From Lingula anatina (taxonomy: Eukaryota; Animalia; Brachiopoda): a DNA stretch of 64,000 nt. Positions 45,701 through 60,800 of this stretch are shown piece after piece. Every line of letters starts with the position of its first letter. Position 1 is the first letter of the stretch. The translations under genes were made by a program, and so were the position numbers. The notes under the pieces were generated by a model. That model saw only the letters and a list, made by a program, of their open reading frames with translations, did not search any database and was not told the DNA's origin. The stretch covers positions 24,242,001 to 24,306,000 of the forward strand of contig CM120642.1 of NCBI GenBank assembly GCA_051362555.1, given 5' to 3'.

Positions 45701-48700
45701 ACTGTGAACTCTCTGCCAAAACACATTAGTTGGAATATGACACTGGGAAATAAATTGCTAAAGCATGCAAAGATGGGGGAAAAAGATAGGCATTGCAAAT
45801 GTTCACTGAGCCAGCATTCTTGTCCATTGAACAGTTGTACCCTGGGTTCCAGACACTTGTTTCACAAGTAGACTGAAACTTCTTGGGTTTGTGCTGGTAT
45901 GCATTTCCTAGGGCCTGTTTCTCAAATAGTCTTCAGTCAGTTGTAGGGCTAGAATCTTAGTCAACTAAGACTTAAATAAGAAAAATCAAAAAGGATATGG
46001 GTAAAGATTAGACTGCTAAAATCTGTAGCCAAAATTTATCCAAGAGCTTCATGATAAAATGATTGGCCCCACAATTATGGGGCCCCAGGTTTGAGATGCT
46101 GTAACCTTATAAAAGTGGAATATTTCATCAAGGTGAGTACAGTTACTTAATGGGCTTTGTTAAAAGACCAAAATATGAATTCAGTGTCCTCTAGGACTTT
46201 ATGTAAAATAATCTAAGTCATTACAATCTTAATAGACTTAGATTTTAGCCCCAAAACTGACTTGGGACTTCTTGTGAAACAGGAACTAGGAATTGTATTC
46301 CAGCACCAAGAACGCTAAAAACTTGGACAGAACATTGAATCTGTGTGATTACTGCACTTGTGAAAGAGCGAGAGCCTAAAAATTGGTCTATATTTTTAAG
46401 CTAAATTTATGTGTACATTGCCCCATGATAACTCAGTAGCAATCCAATTGAAAAACATGTTGTGTCTCAGTTAAATCGGGAAACATGTCTAATAGTTCAG
46501 ACCAATACATGCTTTATTTAGATGGTCTACTATAGATTTATCTTGAACGGATGTCACTAAAAATATTGGTGTACAATTTGAAATTTGGGAACAGCCCTTT
46601 GACTGTAAGTTGCCAATATTTAAGTTCAGGTCTCTCTGATTTAGATTATTTTGATCAGATGAAATGTGGATGTGTCATTGAGAGAAACACACATTAAATG
46701 TTCGTTCACATGTGCAAATTTAAATCTTATCATTAATAAAAGAGGGGGATTGTACTATCAAGAAACCTGAATCTTTTCCTGGAAACAAGCTCTGATCTGT
46801 TGCCTGTTTTGAATTACTCTAGGTGCAAAATCTAAAGTGTAAATATATCTTTTAAGTTCTTTTCTTTACCTTAGCATACTGTTGCTCCTTAATTGACCAA
46901 AGGGTGGTGGATATTATGGTAATTTGTACAGATTATAAGTTTTCAGTTGTTTTGTTAACGTTGCTAATAAGACCTTGGAATGACTCTGGTGCAAATTGTC
47001 TGTAATAATTAAAAGGACAACATGCTAAACTATAATCAATGTCTGCAAGCCAAGCATTGCTGAAAATTACCATTTCCTGAAGTATAATACAGTGGAGATT
47101 TTCCAATTTCCGAAATAGAACACCACGTCTAGTTGTCTATCATGGGACTGTTACAAGTCACTGCTTGACTCATTGTTTTGTTTTAGCTTGAGATGAAAGT
47201 CAGTGATTTTAGAGTGGCTATTGTTCTTATGATGATACAGTTTGCCTACAAGCAGGCCAAAAAAAATTGAAACATTTAATAAAATATGAAAGAGAGGAGA
47301 AAAATGGGTAGGGGGGTAGAGGAAAGTAAGAATATATAGGCTTGGTCATGGGTGTGGTCAGCTATTTCCTCTCTGCCCGTTTGATGTCTCTATGCAATCT
47401 GAAGCTTGCTTGAAGCTGTTTTGGTTTCGGTAAAGAGAAAGTTTTGTTCCATATAAAGTATATTACCAGATGTTTTAATTAAGGCATGAATTTATGGATT
47501 GATATATCATTTATAAATTATAATCTACTCGTATTCACCTTCAAGTTGGTGCCCTTTAAAATAGGGTCAGTTATGTATTTTTATTACCACGAAATATGTA
47601 ATTATCATATATTAATTGTGTACAATATGATTATTAACTGTGGAGCAGGTTATCTTGCCTATGTTTTTTCAAGTTACTGCATGTTTGAATGTAGTATAGC
47701 AATAGTTAATTTAGCATACAATTACACTTGTTAAAAACATTTCTTATAAGGGCAGTTTTTCTGTGCATTGATAAAGCTAAATGTCATTGGTTTAGTATTT
47801 GCTTTGAAACCTGAAATTTGCCATTTTATTTCCTGATGTTTTGATAATTTACTTTAAGCTTAATCATGATTTATGATGTCATCAATGGATGCCTTGTTAT
47901 TACGATAAGAACATTTTTTTGTTGAAGCAAATTTTAGAATTTCTTAAAACTTGTATCAGAAGACTAGGGCTGAGACCTCCAGGCATATGAAACTTCAGCC
48001 AAATTGGTAAAGACATTTAAGAGAAAAAATGACAACTAAATTATTGAACCAGAACAATAGATTTCCACTAATTTGTCACTGATTTGATGTAAATGAACAA
48101 TTTGGCTCAAGGAAATGATAAATTACATGAAATGTTGTTTTGATTGCGGTATGTGTTATTTTGTATTTGTGCATTGATTGATCACTGACCATTCCCCACT
48201 GAGTTGTCATTGTGGCCTATTTTTTTCCTTTGCTTTGCAAGCTTACCCTTGATGAGTGGGATAAGACACTGAAGGTTGGTCCTGTGTTGTTTCTCTTGTG
48301 TTAGGTGTGACTGTGAATGAAGTATTTTCCAGGAAAATCAAAAAGAAATAAAAGAAAGGGGGGGATATTGGTGTTAATGCATATTGCAGTTTTTTTACAT
48401 GAAAATATGAAGAATATATTTTGAATATTTCTATGCAAACATAAAACATAAATATTTAGATGTATTTTTAAAGCCGGAAATATGCCCTGTACCTCAGGTC
48501 AGTTTTTTTAACGCTAATCAAAATATTGCAATCTCAATCTAAAAAAAAAAAGTATTAATTGTAAATTTCTGTACAGCCATCCTTATACTCCACACATTCA
48601 TGCCTAACTTGTGATGCCTGAAGCCAAATCCATGATGTATTAAGTTGGATGTCTTGGGTGTGCAGACACAATGGTTCTGTCACACCTAACACACTGTCAG

Positions 48701-48837
48701 ATGTGTTGTCTTTATTTCAGTGCCAATGAATTTTTTGTTCTTTATTATTATCATTAATAATATTATAATAATATTATATTAAACTAATATCATAGCTGAT
48801 GATTATTTCATTTCTTAGAATTTTTATGGCTGGTGTG

Positions 48838-48889
<52 letters not shown>

Positions 48890-51800
48890 ACAGATGAATT
48901 ATAAGATATCAGGAGATAAGAAAATCTGGAAAAATATTAACATAAGACAAAATTAAAACATATACAAAAATTATGCAATTCTTTAACAAGCTTTTAGATA
49001 CAAAAATTATTCATTCAATCTTACTGAAATTTTATAAGACAAAAAAATAGAATTTTCATCTTACTTTTATGGACCATAATGAACCAGTGCTTGAAGCATG
49101 TCTCTTTCTCTCTCTTTCCCTCTCTCTCTCTCTCTTTGTCAAGTGTTTCATTGATGTGTTTGAATTTTTTTATTCAAATAGTATATTTTGTTCAAAGGAA
49201 AAATCAATAAAACCTGTAGTAAATGATAATTTTACATTGTGCATGGATGCTTTAATGTTGGTGCTTGTTCAAAGTTGGTACACTTGCGCAGCTCTTCTCG
49301 CTATCTGTAGAATGAATTTTTCTAGCTTTTCATGAAAAATAATTTCATTAGATTTTAGTGAAATCAGTTACTTTGTTAGACTATGTTTAGATTTGCTTGT
49401 GGTATAATTTATATGGAGTTTTGCATTCGTTTTCTTTATCCGGGATTGACAGTTACATGTTTTATGCTTTTTTGCCTTTGTCTACAGATGTCACCCTGAG
49501 CTTCAGAGATAACTTGACACTAACCTCTTCACAATAGCCTATCTTCATCGTGTCAAGTTACCTCTGACCACATTCGATTGCCCCGCCGCCCGCCAATCAA
49601 ATTTAAAGCCTGCACTCAATGACTCATTGAACGATCTAGCCAATGAACGCGAACGAGTCAAAGCGCGCTTTGTTCAAATCCGGACCAATCAAAGAGAAGG
49701 CTGAATATCAGGGACTTGCCGTAACCTGTGGGCAGCACGCAAAATACATCATCCCTCAGTAGATAATGATGCAGGGCCTCAAACTGCTCTGGTTTCAATT
49801 CCGATATACTCATATTTTGCAAAGAATCAAGAGATAACTTAACACATTATTTTACGTAGTCACTCGTAGGAGACGCCATGCTTTCTTTGTGTACGGTTAT
49901 GCACTCGGCACTACTCGGATGTCTCCGCACTCGACAATAACTTTGTTGTTAGTATGGAGCTTGCGGAATCAGCCGAGGATTACCGATTGACGATCAACCA
50001 ATCAGCGTTTTCACCAAACTTTGGTGAAAATTTTTGAAACTTGGATTCGATTGGTTTATATAAACTAGGTCAAACTATTTTCGTCAGAGGTAACTTGACA
50101 CGATGAAGATAGGCTATAGTGAAGAGGTTAGTGTCAAGTTATCTCTGAAGCTCAGGGTGACAGATGTTGATAACATGATACATTATTACTTATTCTTTGC
50201 ATTGGAATTCTGTGTCGCTTTCAATTCTATTCGGATACAGCTTTATTTACTCTTATAATGTAATTGCATTAAATTAACATAAATGCATTAGCAGTCTCAT
50301 AACAAGATAAATGACATGTAGATATCACACGGTCTTTTTAGCTGGACATCCTAAAGCAAAGTTTCTGATGCAAAGTTGACACTTTAGTTATAGCAGCAAC
50401 TGTTTTGAGTCAGTTAGACTCACCTAAGAGATTAAACACTTTTAATAAGTTTAAAGTTAAATTATCATAACAGTTATTTCAACTTTTGCCTTTAAATTTA
50501 ATGCTTCCCTGGTTTGTGCATTTTTTAATTAGTTGTGTTGAAGCAAAACCTTTCATTCAATTTCACAAGATGTCCAAACTTGAGTGCCAAGACCCTGATA
50601 CTCTCTCATGAAAAGGTCATTTTTATCCCCAGTGGTTCAGTTTGATGTCTGTGTTGTACCCAGTGCCCAGTTAATCCCCCAGCTTTGCTAGAAATGTTGT
50701 GTAATTTTTGCCTTCATTGCCAGGGAATGGTGGTATTAACCCTGGCCCCCAGCGGTCTGAGGCTGCGTTCAGACACGTTTTAAATTTGGACTGATTTTAT
50801 GACTGAAAACTTGTAAAGATAAGTTCAAGTCAATTTTGCCATGAATTGATGGACTTATCTTAGGTCTCCAGTTCTCTATGCTGGGTTCAGACAAATTTTA
50901 AAATTTTAGTAATTTATGGGTATCGCATATCACAGACAGCTAAGTTATTGTTGCCAGGGAATTCTCTGTCTGAGTTGAAGTGGGGTATTTTTGATACAGA
51001 GGACTGTAATAAAGAAACCCCACTGAACCTCAGGTATTCAGGGACCATAAAGAACCAGTGCAGTCACTAAGTTGTTCAGCAAAACATTTCAGTCTGAACC
51101 AGACACTGTTAAGAATTTGGGTGAACACAGCATCAAATGTCACCCAGGGATCTTACATGATGATAATTAGGGTTGCTCTAATTGAACACACAACTATAAC
51201 GTTATAAATACAGGTGAAAACCATTCCAGTTTAGAATCATAACGTTAAACTCCAAGGTGCTGGGGTGAGACTCTGTTGAATACACAAAATGTTCTGTGAA
51301 GCAGAGGGTATTGTATGCTTATCAATAGTTTGACTTGGGTTTACATTTTAATCATTTCCCTGTAAACTTGAGGGAGGGCGTGAGGATTTCGGCCCTGGGC
51401 CTTTCTTCATATGTACAGAGATGGAAGGGACAGGCTGTTTGTAGACAGAGGTGCTGTTTGGATTCGATGCATATATTTTTTTACAGGTTGTTTTGTGCTT
51501 TGGGTTCAGTTTTCAGCATAGAGGTTTTGCTTTACTCTTGTGGTGAATATCAGTTTGGGTTTGATTACAAGTATAATGAATGAATATGACAAATTGATAT
51601 CAGTGGTGGAGAGTTTTTAGATGGTGATTTTGTATTCAAGGGGTATGATTATTCAGTGGAAGGAAAATTATAATTAACCACTTCTATTTTTGTCATTTTC
51701 CAGGAGGGCAAGAAAAAGTTTGACAAGCAAACAAGAGCTTTTTGCCAGTCCTTGGAGAAGTTTCTGAATTTAAAGACGAAAGCCACTGACAATGTGTTAC

Positions 51801-54800
51801 AAGAGGTAAATGCTCTCTCTCTCTCTCACACACACACACGCACGCACGCACGCATGCACACATACACATACTATGGAATTCTTTATTAAATCTGCTTGTT
51901 TTCTCCCCAGGCTGATGCAGCTCTGCAGATGGAGAGGAAGCACTTTCAGCAAGCCTCTATGGAATATGTGTTGATGCTGCAGGAAGTACAGGAAAGAAAA
52001 AAGTTTGAATTCATTGAAATAGTAAGTATATTTACAAATCAAGGTAGTATAAAAGAAAATAGCAATTTTTACATCGCCTTATAGAAAAATATATTGCTGT
52101 GAAGCGAAACATATTTGTGTCTGCAGTTATGATTGCCCTTGACCAGTTACGTCATCAATAATTTCTAGTGTATAACTTTTGATTATGGACCTAGAAAAGG
52201 GCCTGGTTAGGGCTGACTAGAACCATTTGACCATTTTTTTCTCCGATGACACCTTTTAACCTTAATGTTTGCCTTTAAGTAGCTACAAATGGCCGATTTT
52301 CTCCCTCACTAAACTGTACACAGGCAAGTCCATAATTGGCGGTAATCTAAATTAAACATTGATTGTTTACAAAATAAATATTGGGTCTGTAAAGGGGCAC
52401 GTGTGGCTCTCTGTCTGGCCATGACAAAGTCGGTGAACCTGGAAATGTGCAAACCTTCAAAATCGCCTGGGGACCGCAGGATACAATGCGGAGTCAGGAA
52501 GGCGTGGATGTTGAAACCAGAATCCAATAATACCTCCATTTTACATCTGCTTAATACACTGGTGTATTGTTCCCAACAGATATTTTGGTCAGCTTTTGAT
52601 CAAATGCAAATTTGGAGCAAGGTAGCAGTCAGGTTCATTTCTATGATAAAACGATCAGGATTTGAAAAAAAAATCCAATTAATAACAGTCTAGTAAAGTT
52701 GACTTGGTATTTGTCATGGGATCTATTACACTTATGATTTTTTATACCGTTTAGTACCTTTTATGCCTTTTCAGTGTTGTAGAATGTCAGGCAGGGAGGT
52801 GACAAAAGACCTTGACTGTGTCAACACTGGGTTGACCCCGCAGGTGTTTCTGATACTATCAATGAAACATAGTCACAACTTTCTTTTCACCATTCAAACC
52901 AGTTCCCTTGCTTGCGAAAAGTCATTGATCTCCTCTCCCCTGGCTTGAAATGTATCTTTGTATTAAGTCTTTACGGAAGGTTTTCATTTGGAAATATACA
53001 GTCCTTTTTATGTGAGGGAATATTTGTTTAGAAGCTTTTATGATCTTAAGAATTATAAAAAAAAGTCTGTTCTTTCAGTGTATTTTGTCTAAAAACGAAG
53101 TATGTACGAAAGGGAATAAGTACAGTTCCAGTGGGCATTAATGAAGTTTGGTATAAGATGGAGAATGTGACAATACGCGACTGAGGTAGAGGAATTGTTT
53201 ACGATGGTGAAATGAGGCGGAAATCCGACCGATTGCGTTTCACACAGTGGTGGGTGGAGACCACATGCTTAAGTCAACAGAAAAAAAGTTTGATACCAAA
53301 ACCCGAACTGTTGCCCCATTTATTAATTATTGACCATTACCTGTAGCATAGAGCTCCTCAAGGATATTGCAGTATATTCTGGGTTATAGAAACCAAAGTA
53401 ATTGTGATTTGTGAATTTGGAAAAAAAATATTTATGCATCAGGATATGACGATCAGACTTATTAAAAAGACGAACACACCAGGTCCTGTAACTCGAACTA
53501 CAACGAATGAATTTGAAAGCAATGGATGCTTGGACTCATTTTCAGGCAATTTTGTGTAGATTGGCAAACATGTAACACTAGTAACAACAAGGATGTCATA
53601 AAATAGTGTGAAAATCTGATAAATGGACCCATTTTAGGACGAGAATTTGAGTTAGTGAACTTAGAAAACTGTACAAGGATGTGACAGCCAGCCTGGAATA
53701 GGTTTGGATTTCTTAGCTTGAACTGATTTCCAGGATTTCTAGTTTATGGGATAAGGAATAAACAGGATGATGTATTGATATTAATTATTAAAAAAAAAAA
53801 AAAGGTGCATAGATTAATTGTATCAGTATGTTTGAAATGCCAGGAACTGATAACAAAATAGTTGATAAGTTGTAAACGTGTCAGTTTTTATTTTTATTTT
53901 CTTTTTTTTTATGTGTGCATGAGTACGAACTTAAAAGGCTAGTGTATTAAATTTTATAACAGATTCAATGTTGGGGTGAAAATTGCTGTAAGGTTTTTTC
54001 TAATGTAGCTGAACATCTTATGTTAGACCAAAAAAATTTTTAATGAGTCACATTTGGATGATATCTATTCAAAAAAATCACTAAATTTGAATTAAGATTT
54101 TGTGAGTATGAACTCTGTTTGCGCAATTTAGTTTAATGCGTAATACTACAACATCTTTCTTTTTGTTTCAGTTACTGGGTTTTATGTATGCCTGGCTGAC
54201 ATTTTATCATCAAGGTAAGTCTTCATGCTGTCATTAGAGCTCAGTTCAGAACAGGACTCACTTGGACAGTAGATTGACTAAACTGTGTCATCTGGATTTT
54301 TTTCTTCAACTTTTGTCCATGTGTGTCCACAGACTGGTATAGTTTTGGGCAAGAAATTTGACTATAAGGACATGTTCACAGCTTTGAAGGGGGTGATCTT
54401 TTGAAACCAAATTGAAGTATGATAACCCCAACTAGTCTGATAATTTAAGTATTAGTAGGCCTTGTATAATGGACTTTCTATATGACTTCCTTCTATGAAG
54501 TATATAACTGAAAAAAAGGAATTTAAAATTTCCTTGATGTTTGTCGGAATATTTATCAAGTTCCAAACTCAGAAAACGCTCAGCAAGCAACAGTGTTAAG
54601 ACTTTAGTAGTAATTTGGCTTTAACCATTTCAAGAATTGTTTGAACATGTAATTTTATCAGCTCATTTAATTAGGTTTGAATATGTTAAATTTGTTGTTT
54701 GCTTGTTTTAGGGCATGAAGTAGCTCAGGAGTTTAAACCATACATGACAGAGTTACAAGTTAAACTACAGAAGGTGAGAAAAAAAGAACAAATAAGATAG

Positions 54801-57800
54801 AAAGAGTAGTTATTAGTTGATGGAATAATGGTTTAGTTTGGTAAATGGCATAATAAATCCTTACAAAATTTTGTTTTCAAATGTTAAAATTTTTTGCAGA
54901 ATATTTTTTTTCATCAAAGCAAAAATATAAACAATTTTTATTTGAGTCTACAGATAGTTAATATTGATGTAAAAAAAGGCAGAACTTTTTTAAAAAAATA
55001 TTTTCCAGACTCGTGACAACTACGAGACAACAAGGACAGAAGCTGAGACGCTAATGAACAAAATGTTGGAGGTGCGTGGCACGGTAATGTGGAGCTTGCT
55101 TCTTTGCCTGCTGCCACCAGGGGGTGCTGGGGTACTCTGTCCTTTTTACCACAGCATGCTGGGATACTTCTTTTTGGCTTAACATGCTGGCAGTGCTTCT
55201 TTGAAGTATTTGAAGCTGATATTGCAAGCTATTTTCTATTGGGTTTTAATAGTTGGTCAATTGAAATGTAGTTACTTAGAAATAAGGGTGATTTTTAATG
55301 CCCTTTTTTAAACATTTCAGCTGGATATGATTTCTGTAGGAAATACTGTTTTTGTTTAGGCTGTGGCATGCAACCTTTTGCTATATAGGTTAAATTGTAT
55401 GAAAAAGACATGAGACATACAGTTGTTCAGCAAAAATGTTATAGGAATCCAAACTGACTGAGAATTAAACAGCCAAGTCTTATCATCTGCATAGTAAATC
55501 TGCACCTAAATACCACGTCCTTCTCCTGGTGTAGTCTTCATATAATGTACATCATTTCTGTCTCACATTCACGTTCCTGTCACATTTCAGAACAAAACTC
55601 ATTGTCACAACTCTCTTCTCCTTTCTCACCATCATTGTTTATCCAGTCTCTTCAAACATGAATAGGTGGCACCATTGTGCAGGTGAACATTGCAGATGCC
55701 AAGACAGTCCCGATCCACATTTAGATTATCCCAAAATTCCCCCTGGTGGTGGCTGTTGCTGCTGCTGCTTGCAGCTTTTAAATATGTTATAGATGTTCAA
55801 ATTTGTGGCTCCTGAACTGGGACGGCTCTAGGAAATATCTGTAAAGATTCCACTCATTAAGTTAAGTTTGTCATTAAATTGAAAACTTTTGTGATTACAA
55901 TTTTCAACTTTGGTAGAAAGGGTTAAGGTTTTTCATGTGTTGGCATGATAGATATTTCCTGGTCTTTGCTATCTAGACGCCAGTTTTAGAGCAACTTCTG
56001 TTTACATCTTGTTCAATCGTTTCTTGTTGTAAATGAACTTAACTTGAACATAACAAGTGTTCAGACCAAGTGCTCCAAGATTTCATTGCCATTGCAGACG
56101 TTGTACTTTTGGAATAATGTTCATATTTATTTGAAAGAAAAACTGTTGCCAAAAATCTGTCGTTCTGGAAGTTTTGAAAACTTGGAGCATTTTTTTTTTT
56201 ACTAAGGTTACATTTTACTCTTAAAAATGCAATGTATTTTCCTTCAGTTTTACAAGGCTCTGATCTCTAGTTCCAGTGCTTTTCCTGCCTTTCCGAGTAC
56301 AATTTTATCAACGTTTCCCACATCCTGTACCGTCCATTTTACTGCAATGGTTTGCTATTTGGGGCTTGCTGTTGTTGCACAGAGTGTTTGAATTGTTACA
56401 ACTACTCTCATTGGTCAGTTTGAAGCTGTTATGGCTGCTCTCATTGGCCATAGGAAGTTGTGCATTTGGAGCCACGATGTGTCACTACTGAAGTTTTCTA
56501 TTTTTCACTGTTGGAGCTAGTCACAAAAAATAAAAATAATATATTAGAATTGGAAAAAAGATAATAAGTATTGATTGGGTTTATGTGACTGTTGGTATCA
56601 ACACTTTCAAAAATTCAATATTCAGGTTTTCAATTTTTTGTGACAAGAATAAGCTTCAATGATGCACATTTCTTAAACATTTCTTACATATTTGACATCC
56701 TTTCTACACATAATTATTGGGATTTCCTGTCATTGTTTTTAAGTGTTAATGTTTTGTATGTTAGAAGAATTAATGTGAAGTTTAAAAAAAAGGTTTTTGG
56801 GTCTAGAAAATATGGCTTGTCAATACTGCATGAATTTTTTCATGATGTTCAGATTGACTTCAGTATGCCATGATGTTAAATGTTGATTTTTTTTAAAGGA
56901 TGACTTTTACGGTAATGATATATTTCAAATATAAACTCTATGTGAATGATTTGTTGAAAGAACAAGAAGATAAAAATTATAAGCCACATAAAAAATTCAA
57001 ATGTAACTGTTTGGAAATATAAAATTTTCAAAATCTTACTTCTCAAGCATGTGAAACGCATTTAAATTTTGGTCGGGAAGCAAAAATAGAAAGAACAAAA
57101 GAAATGTAATAATTCTGGCAGTGCAGGTGCTTGGATTTTGTTTGCATGCAATGTGTGTATTATTTTGGTTCTTTTAATTGTTTGAATTGATTAAACATGA
57201 TTAATGTTGGCATGCTGAAATGTTGCTGCTGGCGTGGTGTTGTATTGTTACTGCAAGCATTGTTTTGTATTGCTGGTGTTGTGTTGTCACTGCTGTTATT
57301 GCTGAAAAAACCCATTGCCTCTTTCTAATTTAAATTTTTTAATTTCATTTTTTAGAAACCAAACATAGAGCCAACCACCAACAAGAACTACACAAGACAG
57401 GGGTACCTTTTCCTAATGGAAAAGAGTAGGTGTTTTTGTGTTTATTTGTTATGATCTAGATTATAAAGACAGGAGATTTTTCTACTAAATCACAAAAAAA
57501 GTTTTTATTTTTAAATTTAATTCTGATGGGTCCTAAGACAGCCTCCAAACCCTGTATGATTAAGTGTACGACACCATGGTTAATTATTGATTTTTAATAA
57601 ATGTTTATTTATATTATTTGTTTATTTATATATTATTATTTGTTTATTTATATATTATTATTTTTTCTGAAAAACCTAGGCTCATATCTGATTATAGCCT
57701 TATGGTACAGATTTTAGTTCATTATCTATATAAGAAAATTCTGTATGTGCCTGCTGGTGCTGTCTGAACTTCAGTGACATTTGACAGTTTTGTCTTCCTA

Positions 57801-60800
57801 ATCCTAAATTATAGCAGAGTTGTAGTAGAATTGGTCAGGGTGTTAGATGTGACAATATGCCAGGTGCTGTACAATGTTGTGTGCCAGTGTACTATATTTA
57901 ATACCCATATTTAGATGTGACAGTCTTAAATTTGCCATTGTGTTAGGTTTTACAGTATATTGTGTATGACAGTGTATTAGACATGACAGTTTGTCAGGTG
58001 CGACAGTATGCTAGATGTGACATTGTGTTAGATGTGAAAAAATGTAAGGTCTTTTCAGGCTGTGTTATTATTGTATTTGATATTCTTTCCAAGATATGGC
58101 CATGAGTTTTGCATGATATTAATTATATATTCTGAATGCAATATTTGTTATAATTTGGTTCCCTTTCTGTGAAAAAGCAGTAGGCTTGACATAACAAGAT
58201 AGCCCTATGTGTGGTTGGAGGCATTGGTTTTAGATCTAGAAATTATGATCCTGTTTTCCTACACTCCAGAGGCACTGGGCACAACATCATGGACCAAATA
58301 CTACTGTATGTATCAGAAGAACAACAAAATACTGACCATGATCCCCTTCAACCCTGTGCAGAATGCCAAATTAGTAAGTATTTACACATAATGGTTTTAA
58401 GTGTGTACCTGTTATATGCGACACATTAAATTTTGTGGACTATTCATTGTTTCAAAATGCTAGAGGCTGAAGGTTTTGGAAATTCCAGTTCATTGAGATT
58501 TTTTTATTTTTCAGTTTGACCAATATGCTAAAATTATTTAAGCTGTTTGTGTTGGAGTTGATAATAATTACAGAAACAACAAGGATTTCAGAATTTTGCT
58601 GTTTAGTCACTTTAACTATTTTATTTTGTGGAAAAACTTAAATGGCTGTTTAATCAACCACAATTTTCTGTTCTCTTTAGCCGAGCAGTACAGAAACCAT
58701 GGTTTTAACCTCCTGTGTCAGGAGAGCAACAGATTCCATAGACAAAAGATTCTGTTTTGACATTACTGCACAAGACAGGTAGGTTGCCTTTTCAAGTCCT
58801 GTCTTATCCCCTCTCCTTTCTTTTGATTGACAGAAAGACATGGATTTTAAAATTGTTGTGCTTGACTTAAATTAAAAAAAAAAAACCTATGCCTTGGACT
58901 TGTGCCAAATGTATTTTTTGAAAATATCTCTATCCTTAAAAAAGGTAAATGCAAACTTCCAAAGCTGTATTATGCAATATTAGTACCTGCAAACAGACAA
59001 TCTATTAAATTTCAAACGTAAAATTCAATCATTTATGTTAAACCATTGTAGACAAGGGACATACACCTTACAAGCTCTATCAGAAGAAGATAGAAGTCTG
59101 TGGCTGGATGCCATGGACGGGAGAGAACCTGTAAGTACAGATTATAAACAGAATATGATTGGTATCCTGTTGTATCTTATGAAGCTGAATAAAAAAAATA
59201 TAGCATCAATTTGTTTTATTTTATTTTAGTATTTGTTTTATTTAATAACACATATCCTCTTTTATTTCAGATATATTTAATGCCAAAACAGAAAGTAGAA
59301 GAGAGTAAGTGATATTATATGTCAATTTATACTCATTATGGTGTCGATGATTTTAAAAGGGCTAAAACTAAAAAGCAAATTGCTGAGTGTATTTTTTAGG
59401 GATAAGAAAGATAGAATTGTATGAATGAGAAAGTTTCATACTTGCAAACAATCTATTTAAACAAAAGCAGATGGGTTCTTTTCTAAAGAATACGCTGTAG
59501 GTGTCCCCTACAATCTTAAACTGTTCTGTTTCAGGTTCATTAGATGATACTGGTTTCCTATTTATTCAAAGATGTATAGATGCTATAGAAGCAAGAGGTA
59601 GGCTAACTGACACACCTATGTTAAAGCATCCTATAATTCTACTAACTGACACACCTATGTTAAAGCAATGACCATCCTATAATTCTACATAGTTACTTAT
59701 TTAATCAGTTATAGTTACCTGATTGAATATGGGTGTTTTTTTCCAAAATTTCTTGGACATGCTTTAAAATATTAAAACGCCGTCATTCTTTGTTTATATA
59801 TTTTTTTGTTATGTTCGTAATCATCTGATATAAGATAATGTTTTCTTCTCTTATCAAAACTATAATGAAAAGAACAGTATTGAAATTATAAAGAGTGTTT
59901 TCTAGTAAACATAATTTTCATTTCAGGTCTTGAGGACCAAGGACTGTACAGAGTTGTAGGAGTCAATTCTAAAGTTACTAAACTTGCACAAATGGGCTTA
60001 GGTAAGCTAACTTTCACAAATTTAAACTTTGTATTTTTATTTATTTCAAAAATAATATTTTTTCATATATTTCTTGTATTCATACAAAATATTAAGCAAC
60101 AACTAATTCTTTAACATTTTAATGATAATTTAACTAGACACATGAATATTCCTATTATTCTGGTTTAACAGATAGGCGGAAACTGGACAAGTTAAACTTA
60201 GATGATGAAGAAATTAAGACCATTACCAGTGCACTCAAGAATTACTTCAGGTAAGGAAAATATTTGGATCTGATTAATGTAAAAATAGGCTGAAAGAAGT
60301 CTTGGATATGCACTTTCCTTTTACTTAAGGAAATGTATTGAAAGAAAAGAATGTCCCTTAATGATTTGGTTAAAATCTTAATTTCAGCCTTTGTCAGTCA
60401 GAGTCTTTATTATTCAGTTATAATGTGCCTTTCTGTCAAAATTACATTTATCAGCATTTGACAAGAATTTTCTCCTTAAATAATCCATTGCTTTATTTAT
60501 TTATTTATTTGCTTTCAGGTCCCTCCCAGAGCCTATAATGACATTTAAACAGCACACACAGCTCCTTGCTGCTGCCAGTATGTTCCACAGATTTGTAATC
60601 TAATATAATAACTTAAGTTTGAACAGTTTTTGCTACAATCTTTTAAGCCTTGTTTTAGTAGCCTGTCTTTTATTTACTGGCGTTTGGCATTGTTACCATG
60701 CATTCTGTTAGAACATAAGCAGTTTCGACAAGTTTTGATTTCGAATTGCAAATAGCACAATCTGAAGTATACGATGTTTCATGTTCTTTGGATATTACTC

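Noticed and set aside
55590-55815. Cys-rich short ORF ([12 protein letters not shown]...[15 protein letters not shown]) or alternative terminal exon in GRAF intron 9
   Set aside because: It is driven by a (TGC)n run, no acceptor puts it in frame with exon 9, and no homology was recognised.
22874-57355. Numerous 60-120 aa ORFs and possible snoRNA/miRNA genes in the long GRAF introns
   Set aside because: The ORFs are low-complexity or repeat-derived. No convincing C/D, H/ACA or known miRNA signature could be supported by eye; an Infernal/Rfam scan would be needed.
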